From Eledone cirrhosa (taxonomy: Eukaryota), in NCBI GenBank assembly GCA_964016885.1, contig OZ024740.1, positions 271,746,001 through 271,810,000 of the forward strand: a stretch of 64,000 nt of DNA. The letters run 5' to 3'. The first letter of the stretch is position 1, and each line of letters begins with the position of its first letter. The notes beneath the pieces are model-generated. The model was given only the letters and a program-made list of their open reading frames with translations. It was not told the origin of the DNA and did no database searches. The position numbers were made by a program, and so were the translations under genes. Below, in pieces: positions 1 to 11,200 of the stretch.

Positions 1-2585
1 CTCTGTTATAGCCTGAAGGGCAATAATAAATAGTAGGGGGCTAAGAACGGAGCCCTGATGAACACCAACTTTTACGCTAAACTCTTCACTATATTCGTTG
101 TTAATTCTAACCTTGCTGACTGTTTATTTATACATGGCTTGTATAGCTCTCACAAGCCATTCATCAACACCTAGTTTTCTAAGAGCCCACCAGATAATGG
201 AACGGGGGACTCTGTCAAAGGCTTTCTCCAAGTCAACAAAAGCTAAGTATAGGAGTTTACTTTTAGCTAGGTACTTCTCCTGTAGTTGTCGTACAATGAA
301 AAGAGCGTCTGTGGTACTTTTACCTGACACAAACCCGAACTGCATTTCATCTAGATCAATTCACTCTCTGATTAGTTGCGCTATTACTTTTTCTGTCACC
401 TTCATGACCTGGTCAATTAATTTAATGCCTCTAAAGTTACCCCTATCTAGGGCATCTCCTTTACCCTTGTAGCAGTTAATGATGATGCTGCTACGCCAGT
501 CCTTCGGAACAACCCCATTCTATATGACTTGGTTTACTATCCGGGTGACCATGGTGTGTCCCACCGTTCCAGAAGCTTCAGCATTTCAGCAACTATTTCC
601 GAAGGCCCAGCCGCGTTACCCGTCTTCATATCTTTGATTGCCTTACTTATTATACTACCTTCGACTAACACTGCTGGTCCCTCTATTGGATCGATGTAGG
701 GGAGACTGTCTTTCTCCCATTTATTCTCCTCATTTAGTAGCCTTTTGTAGTGACACTTCCAAGCTACCTTCTTGTCAGTGTCTTTAATGATGATGGTGTA
801 CACCATCATCATTAAAGACACACTTCTCCCCGACAATATCACGGTTTTCCTTGACACATTGCCTAGCAATCCTGAACACCTCACGTTTTTGGTCCTCGCG
901 TTGTAGAACATGCTTAACTTTCTTTCCTCTGCTTCCCTTCTTGCGAAGTACACTTCTCTCCTAGCTTCCCTCCTGGCCACTTGATAGTCTTCTCTACTTC
1001 CCCCATCCCGCCATACTTTCCAAGCCTGCTTTTTGGCCTTAATTGACTCCTCCACCTTACTGTTCCACCACCATGTTACTCTCCTCCTGCCTATAGGCCT
1101 GCTCCAGCCACAGACTTCGTCTGCCGCCATCAGCAGGTTTGCTTTCAGGAATTCCCACTGTTCCTCTATATTGTACGACTCTATTTGCTCTTCCTTACTG
1201 TCGAAAGCATCAAGTAATATGCTTTTAAATTTATTACTGGCTGTGGAGTCCTTTAGCTTCCATATTTTTCTCCTGAGGATAGTCCTCTTCTGTTGTCGAG
1301 TATGTCTTGTCCTGACTATGAGGTCGCTAATTATCAGTCTATGTTGGGAGGTGCATTCTTCATGGGGAGGGATTTAGTGTTTACAACAGACACTCTGTCA
1401 CGTCTTCTGGTAAGGATATAATCTACCTGGCTGGTATGTTCCCCTGATCTGTAGGTGATCAAGTGATTGTCTCGTTTTTTGAAGTTAGTGTTACAGATAG
1501 TTGGGTTATTTACGTCACAGAATTCCAGGATTCTGGAGCCTTCCTCATTTCTAGTACCAAACCCATAGCCTCCATGGATTCCGTCATAGCCGTCACAATG
1601 TTGTCCAACGTGACCATTTAGGTCGCCAGCAATAATTATATAGTCACTGTCGGTTATTTGGGAGGTAGTGAGCATCAGTGTCTCATAGAATCTGTCTTTT
1701 ATAGCGCCAGGCAGTCCGGATTGGGGTGCGTACGCAGATATTACTGTCACAGTAGTTCTATTTAGAACAAGTCTTATTTTAATTATTCTGTCATTCACTC
1801 TATTTACGTCTATTATCTTATCCACCCATTTTTCTGCTAACATGATTCCTACCCCACCCAGCCCATTGTCATTTCCCACCCAGAAAAGCTTATAGCATCG
1901 TTTTTTACCCACAATGAATCTAGCAGACCCGCCCCTCCACCTGGTCTCTTGGATACAGCAAACATCAACCTTCTTACGTTCAAGCATTTCTACAACCGTG
2001 TTAGAGCGGCCTTTTAAGGTGCCTACATTCATGGTACCAACTCTGAAGTTTTGGATTGCGTTTGGTGGGTGGGGGATGGGGTTGGGGTTATGTTGGCCAT
2101 CAGTGGCCGAAACAAAGAGGAGGAGTCCTTGCCCTTTCGTCCGGCAGCATGAGGTGAATTTGTTGTTATCTTTGGCATTGTCTCCGAGTGTCCAGATTCT
2201 TCAGACTCTCCAGAAATTCCTTAGTCCATCCATCATATCGAAAAGCAACTAGAAGTGATAGCATAGGCCGCTGACTTATGATTGGTCCAAATAATAATGG
2301 TGGAGAGTGGGGGCGGGAGGGGTATGGGGTAGTTAGCGAGGAGAAGGTTTTAAATAAAGCAATAAACAGTAACAAGCAATTAAAATACACAAGATTATTT
2401 AGAACAGCCAGACAGAATTATAGAATATCATTGAGAAGTAGGATTTGGATTCTGGGCGATTATACAGATATATGGATGAACGAACCGAAGGGTGGGGAGA
2501 CAAGAAGAAATGGTATTTTTACATTACATTTGGTAGAAGTGGGCTGACCATTAATAAGAGTTGACAAATTCTGAGATTCGTACCT
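1..2585 (-). mobile_element. RTE-clade LINE family A, 5' part (5' region, AP endonuclease, start of RT), frameshifted; runs off the left edge
   Basis: APE motifs NVGTL, IQETRW, SAYAPQ, GDLNGHVG, SQVDYIL (1334-2032); RT QFGFVSGKSTTDA and FVDLEKAFD (124-345); several frameshifts. Confidence 0.93.
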
Positions 2586-2611
2586 GTGTATATATATATA
2601 TATATATATAT

Positions 2612-2980
2612 ACAAAGTAAAACCTACTACAGTCAGTAGGCATCTCTAACAAAATACACTTCCGTCCCACTACCCCCACCCCATCCACACCACCCCTTTC
2701 AATGTAAAGTTATGTTGGTACCTCAACATCCAGGTCGAAACAAATGAGGTCGTGTAGGTGTCACGACAAAAAAACACACAGTCCACGCTGTAATGTGGCC
2801 GTGTAGGTAACACGGTAAAAACCTCCCAGTTCCACACTGTAAACGTGGTTGGTGTTAGGAAGGGCATCCAGCCGTAGAAACAGTCCTATGCGAGCAAGAC
2901 AACCACTCTTGCCTCAAGTGGGAAAACTCCCGTCCAAGCTCATGCAAGCGTGGAATATGGACGTTAAACGATGATGATGA
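2612..2980 (+). mobile_element. 3'UTR-only fragment of RTE family A ending in (GAT)n
   Basis: Near-identical to 25343-25943; preceded by (TA)n. Confidence 0.85.
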
Positions 2981-3528
2981 TATATATATATATATGTATG
3001 TGTGTGTGTTTGTGTGTGTGAAATACCAATATAATTCCCCCAAAAAAAATTCTCCGTGGCAAAATTTATATTTAAATATACATAATAATTTAGTTTTTTA
3101 ATGACAAAACAAATAAATAAATAAATATTTTTCTGACGTCACACATCCTGCTCCAATTTCTAGAAAAAACAGTTTCACTTTATATTACATTTTCTAGCAA
3201 ATGTTACAACATAAGCTGGAAATTCTGAAAGCCATTAATTCAAGGTAGTTAAAAAACTAAAGTAATTTGTTGCATTGTAGTATAACTTCACTTCATCAAT
3301 ATTGTTAATGATTATTTGAGATATCGAAAAAAAGTTGATAGTCACAAGCTTTGGCCGACTACAAACTTGATAAAGGCTGCAATATATTGATGAGGCAGTT
3401 TTGTTTTTAGCTAGGTTTACAAGCCAAAGGGAAAGAAACATTCCAATTAGCAGGCCACTTATATATAAGGTTTTATCATCATCATCATAGTTTCTATGTC
3501 GACTATTCTATGCATGGGTTGGACTATG

Positions 3529-3810
3529 TGGAAGCATGTGGCCTAGTGCAAAATGTGTTGGACTTATGATGAAAACGTTGTGGGTTCGATTCCTGGACTG
3601 GGTTGTGTGTTGTGTTCTTGAGCAAAACACTTTATTCCACATTGCTCCAGTATACTCAGTTGAAAATGAGTACCAGCAGTAGCTGGGGATTTAACCCTGT
3701 GATTGACTAGCATCCTTTCCAGGGTGAAGTCTTGTACTCTCAGTTGCTTAACGCCTTGGAAACTGGGATAAGCACTGGCCTGATGAGTCTCTGGGCTTGA
3801 GACAGACTTT
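3529..3810 (+). mobile_element. tRNA-derived SINE with CORE-like domain (family 1)
   Basis: A-box-like TGGCCTAGTG, B-box GGTTCGATTCC, then GTGTTCTTGAGCAAAACACTT. Other copies at about 13528-13800+, 17861-18080+, 19345-19615-, 19947-20065+, 26408-26510-, 38700-38870-, 52718-53210+, 60345-60455-. Confidence 0.85.
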
Positions 3811-3899
3811 ATGGGTTGACTGGACTTTTTGAGGCAATATTTTACAGCAGGATGCTCTTCCTAACACTAATCCTTCTTACAACATGCTGGCATATGGTG

Positions 3900-5475
3900 T
3901 CATCATCATCATCATCATCGTTTAATGTCCATCTTTCACGCTAACATGGGTTTGGACGGGAATTTTCCCACTTGAGGCAAGATTGGTTGTCTTGCTCGTA
4001 TAGGACTGTCTGGCGGTATTTTGTGAGAGGTGCCTACTGACTGTAGGTTTCGTTTTGTACTTAGGCAAGGCGGATCTTCTGTATTACTGTGTAGCGCCAA
4101 AGATCTCGGTCCAGTGACATTGTCTCGAAGAGATGTAAGTGTGTGAGGTCAGAATTTATCAAGTCGTCCCAGGTTTTTCTGGGTCTGCCTACTCCGTGGC
4201 TACCGTCTATTTTTATCGCCCTGCACTTTTTTATACAGCTGTCGTCTTTCATGAGCATCACGTGACCGTACCAACATAGTCTTCTCTCGAGTAAACAGCA
4301 TCTGATCCCTCTTATTCCTAATTTCTCCCTTAGTTCGTTTATGCTTTGTCGTTCATGTATATTACTATTACACATCCAGCGGAGCATGCAAGTTCGTTCC
4401 TCTCCAGTCTGCGTATATCCTCTGCACACAATGCCCAGGTCTCACCGCCATGCAACATTGCTGTTCGTATGCAGGCATCATACAGCCTGCCTTTCATTTT
4501 TAGAGAGAACCCTTTAGCGGCCAATAGTGGTATAAGCTCTCTGAATTTTTTCCATCCCATTCTGACTCTAGCTACTGTACTTTCAGAGCACCCTCCACCA
4601 CTGCTGATTTTGTCACCCAGGTAATGGAAGGTGACCACTATTTATATAGAACCATCTGTGCAATGGAATGAGCTAGTATTCTGTGGGCACTTGCTGTTAC
4701 TTATTGCTCCAGAGCACCGGCCACATATAAAATCTATATTCTTAGTTAGCTCACCTGTGATCCCACTACATCTTTTATGAACCCATACTTTGCATTTTGG
4801 ACATAAAATGGAGTTTCTGCCTACTCCTTTCCTACACACTGAGCATGGCCATTTCCCAGATGGGACTGGTGCCCTATTTTCCTTCCTACAAACTAGAACT
4901 TTTGTCTTCGACAGGTTAATTTTAAGGCCTTTTGATTCTAGGCCATGCTTCCATATTTGGAATTTCTTCTCTAGTTCAGCCATTGATTCAGCTATGAGCG
5001 TTAGATCATCTGCGTATAGGAGTTCCCATGAGCAGCCGGTCTTGAACTCCTCTGTTATAGCCTGAAGGGCAATAATAAATAGGAGGGTGCTAAGGACGGA
5101 GCCCTGATGAACACCAACTTTTACGCTAAACTCTTCACTATAAATATTTGTTGTTACTTCTAACCTTGCTGACTGTTTCTTTATACATGGCTTGTATAGC
5201 TCTCACACGCCATTCATCAACACCTAGTTTTCTAAGGGCCCACCAGATAATCGAGCGGGGTACTCTGTCAAAGGCTTTCTCCAAGTCAACAAAAGCTAAG
5301 TATAGGGGTTTACTTTTAACTAGGTACTTCTCCTGTAGTTGTCGTACAATGAAAGAGCGTCTGTGGTACTTTTACCTGACACAAACCCAAACTGTATTTC
5401 ATCTAGATCAATTCACTCTCTGATTAGTTGCGCTATTACTTTTTCTGTGACCATCATGACCTGGTCGATTAATTT
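3900..5475 (-). mobile_element. RTE family A, 5'-truncated copy (RT, Cys/His finger KWPCSVCRKG..WVHKRC, C-terminus, tail)
   Basis: ORF pieces 4061-4983; (CAT)n tail on + at 3900-3919; 5050-5475 matches 1-420. Confidence 0.93.
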
Positions 5476-7239
5476 GTACCTAGTTTAAACCAGATACAGA
5501 CAGTGATTTGATATGTTAAAACTTTGGGGGGTCACATCGTTATGAGATACAGATGGAATGTCTCAAACCAGCTCATTTTGATCCGCCCTCTTTTTTTTTT
5601 TCTTTTTTTTATAAGACTTAATTGAGGGCATATAGTTTTCTATTGGGAGCATAGATATCAGAAAAAAGTTATATAGACTATGCCCTTCTTGAAAACAAGT
5701 GGCTCTGTGCAAAATTTCATCTACCTAAGTGCAAACGTTTGGCTTACAACTTGGAACATAGATTTAGTTTTATTTGTGATAACAAGGGCCTTCAGCTGTA
5801 GAAAGCTTGCCAAACAAAGGACTGGGGGAGCCCCTCAGTCATGTCAAGGACATGACAGCCTCCCTAGTGTTTGGTGATTTACATCATAAACACACTCAGT
5901 ACATGCTGTAAAGTGGTTGGTGATAAGAAGGGCATCCAGCCATAGAAAGCATGCCAAGCAAAAGGTTGGGAGGACTCTTCACTTGTGTCAAAGACCTGAC
6001 AACCTCTCTTGTGCATTTGGTAGAACATGAGACCATACATAAGCTAGATAAGACAACTAGTCTGTCCGGGAGGTCAGAAGCCCTGTTTCAGTATTGACTT
6101 GGTCTATGTAGACCCTTCCAACCCTTGCTGGCAGGAAAAGTGAATGCTAAAACAATAACAATGATGATGATTGTGTGTGTGCAGATATATCTAGCATTGT
6201 TCAGTTAGCTATTTTTGTGTTCCAGGTCACAGCAGAAGATAACTGCCCAGCAACTGCAGATTAAATTAATGTTTGATAAGTTTTATTTGTTACTGAAATG
6301 GTAAATGCTTTGTAGTACTTTAGATTCCCAGTTCAAATTTTACCTTTTATCATTCAAATGTCTCTTAAATAAGTATTGGTTATATATTTGAGTTAGTTCA
6401 GTTCATGACCTTGTGGGCTGATATTGGGATGGTATGGACCTGCTGCTTCTGAGGAAGTCAGAAGAGTACCATATTGACATACAGTGTTTCTTAAGGCTTT
6501 TTTTAAGTCTGGCAGAGCCCATCCCTTCTCCAGGCCAGAGTACAGCAGATTTTTTCTAGAGAAAGATATATAGAGAAAGATTCTACTCCAGTACTAAACT
6601 GGTACTTTTTTTATCAACCTCAAATTGGTGAAAGGCAGAGTTGACCTTAGCAAAGCACTCTATCTGACATTCTAACAACTTTGCCAATTCGCCACGTTTG
6701 TAGTTGAATAGTTGAAACAATATATGCAGTATTTAACTATATCTCTTCTTGCTCTGAATTCACATCCTTTTTGAGTTAATATTGCCTTCCATCTTTCTTG
6801 GGTTGATAAACTAATCATCAATGATTGTGTATACCTATGATCAATAACATTCCAGCAATGACTAATTCATCTTTTTAAGGGTACCTAGGGTTACATTATC
6901 TAATGCTCCTTCCTTTTTAAGATTCGTTAGAGATTTGGCTGCTATTTCTGGTAGGTTAGTCAACTTTCTAGAGATTCTTATTCAGTAATATACTATTATT
7001 GAGTTAAATTGGTGATGTACCAAGGTAAAAAAATCAATATACTCGTTTTACTGCCATTTTTACAAATAAGATATGTATAAATTTGGAAATTTCCATATAA
7101 ACTGAAAATGTGCTAATACTTGTCGGCACTTCTGTTAATTATTCAATCTTAAAAGAGAATTGGTACTTTGAGTAAGGTAAGCAATGTAATGCTCTTTTGA
7201 GTTCAAAGTAACGAGGAAACCTATATTGTTGCTCAATCT

Positions 7240-7650
7240 ACTAAATGACTTTTGGCTGCAGGTGCAAAATGGGGAAAAAGATTAACAGAATCTATTAGAA
7301 CTGCAGATGTCTTCCACAGACATTGCCTTAGGACCGTGCTAAGAATATCTTTGCATGGCCACATGAGTGAAGTGGTTGTGGAAAGAGCCAAATTAAGTAA
7401 TTTATGGAATAGCATCAGCATAAAATTGTTGATTATACTTAGCCATATGCTAAGAGACCAGTGAGAGCTGTCACTCTCAAGTAGAAGCTAAAGGGGAGCA
7501 GAGTATATGAGGCAAAGCAGACTTGTCAAGACTTAAGTTGAGGTCTGTGGAGAAGGGCCTGGCCAACAAGCTGGATCATGACAGAGCTTGTGACCATGCT
7601 GGGTTGAATTCTCTAGTTGTCCAGTCCTTCATCGGGAGCAAGAGGAACTG
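7240..7650 (+). mobile_element. Very degenerate RTE-type LINE 3' fragment
   Basis: DVFHRHCLRTVLRISL resembles the RTE post-RT motif. Confidence 0.55.
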
Positions 7651-7919
7651 AGAATTTAGTAAATGTTGAAAACCTTGAAATTGAAATTACTGTTGTGATC
7701 TGAGGTAGAGTTCCTTAAAGTCATTAAAAATATTTAACAGTTTATAAATTATGAAAATTTTATGAAATTTCTTTAATATAATAATTTCTTTTCTTATTGC
7801 ATATTTACAGATGAAATTGGGTTAAATTTCAAAGATATTCTGTGGCAACTGAAGGACACGTGAACTTGGATGCGGCATCACTCATCATTATGTTGTGAAC
7901 TTTGTAGTGGACTATTGCA

Positions 7920-8245
7920 ATGTCTAATTCTGTAAATGGAGTTGGTTACTGGCTGAGTGTGCAATCACCGAGAGGGTCTCCTCTCCCACCCAGTCAGATA
8001 GTGTCCTACAACACTGCTTATCCTCGACAACACGTGCCAAGTCATATGAGACCTGCCATATCTTGGCAGATGACCGGACCTGTGATGTCATATGGTGGTG
8101 GACATGCAACTGGTATGTACAGCATACCTGCCTCCGTTGGTCGGAATGATAATTCTCACAGCAGAAATGTCGGTGTCGGAGGCAACATTGTACCTTATGT
8201 GAAAAAAGATGTAGTTACAAATTTATCTGGTAATAGAAGCATCAA
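7920..8245 (+). CDS. TENT2: GLD-2 coding exon 1 (exon begins at 7811 with 5'UTR); low-complexity N-terminus
   Basis: Acceptor tttacag|7811, ATG 7920, donor AA|gtaagt; phase 2 matches the next exon. Confidence 0.8.
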
Positions 8246-11200
8246 GTAAGTCAACCCATACACCCTTTGATATCTTACTTAAGCTGCTTATAAAGATTTT
8301 GTTGTTGAAAACATTTATCTAAAAGATATATATTAAGAAGTGTGCAAGCGGTCAAAGTGTATAAATACAGTGTGTAATCAAGGCTGATGATTGTTATTTA
8401 CATATTAAAAATGTGTATATTTATATACACATTTTTGCAATCTCGGTTACACACTGTATTTATACAGATATAATTTTGTCATTTATCTAAAAGTATATGA
8501 ATTTAGTCAGAAATTGTAAAGCTTAAATTATATCTTATCGAGTTTATATATATATTCTATATTTTCCTGCAATATTTTGTGTTGATTTTACATCTGTTTT
8601 GATATATATATCATCATCATTTTACGTCCGATTTTCCCTGCTTGCAAGGGTGGGACGGATCCTATTCAGCACAGCATCTCTCCACTTGTCACGGCCCTTC
8701 GTCATCTCCTCGGTGAGTTTCAGCGATCTGGGGTCTGCATGTTTTTCGTGGTCTTCCTCTACTGCGTCTTCTTTCTACTGGGATTTCTTGCCACTTCTTT
8801 ACCCAGCGGTCATCCTCCATGCATATCACATGTCCATACCATCTCAGCCTCCTTTCCTGCACACCACAACTTATCCCTCTTATACCCAGTTTCTTTCTCA
8901 ACTTGTCTATGCTTGATCGTTCACGCACATTGGCATTGCACATCCAACGGAGCATACTTGCTTCATTTCTCTCCAGCCGTCGCATATTGGGACACTGCCT
9001 TCAAAGGTTTTAGTCAACAACCAGTACCTATCTGGTATTCGGCTCATAAAAACAAATGCAAAGTTAGCCTGGGCATAAACAGATGGAACCAAAATAGAAG
9101 CAAATAGCATTATTTTTTCAATTCACCAATTATGCTGCATAAATATATATATACACACACGCACGCACGCACGCATACATACATATGGCAATGAATTGGC
9201 AGTCATTAGTATATCAGATAGAATGCTTTGCAACAGTATTTGTTCCAGCTCTCTGCTCTTTGAATTCAAATCACACTGTCAACTTTTCCTTTCCTTCTTT
9301 CCATTCAAGGTTGATAAAAAAGGTACCAATCTAGTACTAATACTTTTTCTCATTTCCACTCTCACTTTCTATCCTTCTCTGGAAGAAATCTGCTGTGTTC
9401 AGATCTGGAGAGGGATTGGCTCTGCCAGGCTTAAAATGCCAAAGATATGCTGTGTGCCACTATGGCACCCCTACAACTCTATCAGCAATTACACAGGACC
9501 ATTCTATGATATGTATAATACATATACACGTCTTTTTATAATTTTCATATACCAGATTTCCCTCTCGTGGTTTTGGTAATCCCTAGACTATGATAGTAGA
9601 TACTTGTCCAAAGTGTTGCATGATGTAATTGAACCTGGAACCATGTGGTTATAGAACAAACCTCTTCACCACATTGCCATGCCTGTCTCTCAATATAGTG
9701 CAACTTTTAAGTTAACTTTAGATGTTGAAAGTTTTATGTTAAAATGCTTATAAAAGATTAAAAACTATTTTGCTATATTAATTTGCAGTTTGTGTTTCAT
9801 TGGTGCCTGAATTACAATTTTTTTCTTTTTCTTTTTCTCTGACAATTAAAAGGAGGCAGCTTGATGATGAAAAGTATAATGACCAAAAACGCCAAAGGCT
9901 TGGTGCTGACAGTGACAGTAAGGTAGTTTATTTAGGTTCTCCACGACAAATGGAAGTAAATGGAGACAAGGTAAAAAAAAGTTTTTTTGTTTTTTTTTTT
10001 CCCCTTACATTTTAGAGTTGTGGCTTCATAATGAAATGAGCTGTTAAGTAGAACAGTCCAAAACTAACTCCTCGACTGGATTTCCATACACCTCTCATGT
10101 CTTAACACTCTACCCATCACCAAGAACCCCACCCCCCCACCCCCAACCCCTACTTTCCCCATCTAATGAACATCTAACCCATGCATACAAGCATGGAAAA
10201 CTGAACAATCTCTCCCACAATGCTGCTGAAATGCTCATACAGAACTGTTTCTGGCTTGGTCTCTATGGCTGAATGCCCTTCCTAACGCTAACAACATTTA
10301 CAGTTTATAAATTGTTAGTAGAATAGTTTAAGTATTATTTCATTATACTGAGTCCTTTAATAATATTATGAACCATACCAGCACTAATATTGAGCCCCTT
10401 TGCACGTAATCAAACACAAATTAGAGTATATACTCGAATATAAGCCAACTCCACTATTTTATGTCTGAAAAATGAGCAAAAATCGTCAAAATATTGACCC
10501 CCAAATATAAGCTGGTTAACCCCACCTCATACTGTGGTTTTTTTGTTTTGTTTTTTGTCACATATTCCTCAGCATATATTTGAGTATATACAGTAATTGC
10601 TTTTCTATTATTTTTACTGAAGAATCCTTCAAAGTTTCTTGAATTTCTTAGGGTAGAACAGGCTTTTCTTCAACCATTATGGATTTCCATTTTTAAATTT
10701 TCAGTATTTCACAAGTTTATATTGCTTGGTTATCTTGTGTGTGTGTTAGTTGAAGTGCTTCAATAATTTCTTGTCCTGCCTTTAAGTGCCAAATACTTTG
10801 ATATTCTACAGTTTCCATTGAAATCTGCAAAAGCATAAATTTGAAATTAAATACTGATACATTATAAAACTATTTTTTTTTAAATTATATATAATATAAT
10901 AAGCTATTTTTTCAATAAATATGTATATCAAAATATTAGATTGGGTACTTATTGAAGTACTTTATTTTAAAATTCTAGCTATCCACTGCTATAATAAATT
11001 ATTTCACCAAGCACCACCAGGCTGATGAAGTTTACCGAAAGAAAATGAAGTTAAGAGATGCATTATATGGAATATTACAAGGTGTTTTCCCATGTAAGTA
11101 TATTTTTAAAGATTAAAGGTTTATCAAAATTCTGATGGAATTGTGAAGTCAGTGTGGAAGACTATTGACAGAATTGTCCATAGTTCCCATCTCATTACCA

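Noticed and set aside
3134-3141. Perfect CRE site TGACGTCA upstream of GLD-2
   Set aside because: A single 8-mer with no supporting promoter or first-exon evidence; another occurs near 52464 in an intron.
3529-3600. tRNA-like A and B boxes
   Set aside because: Degenerate SINE heads with no cloverleaf or acceptor stem; not tRNA genes.
6226-6300. Possible 75-nt 5'UTR exon of GLD-2 (tccag| .. ATG|gtaaat)
   Set aside because: Splice-like signals only; cannot be supported without transcripts.
9923-9970. Alternative in-frame donor AAG|gtagtt at 9922 in GLD-2 exon 2
   Set aside because: The downstream donor keeps the conserved DK|LS junction; no evidence the upstream site is used.
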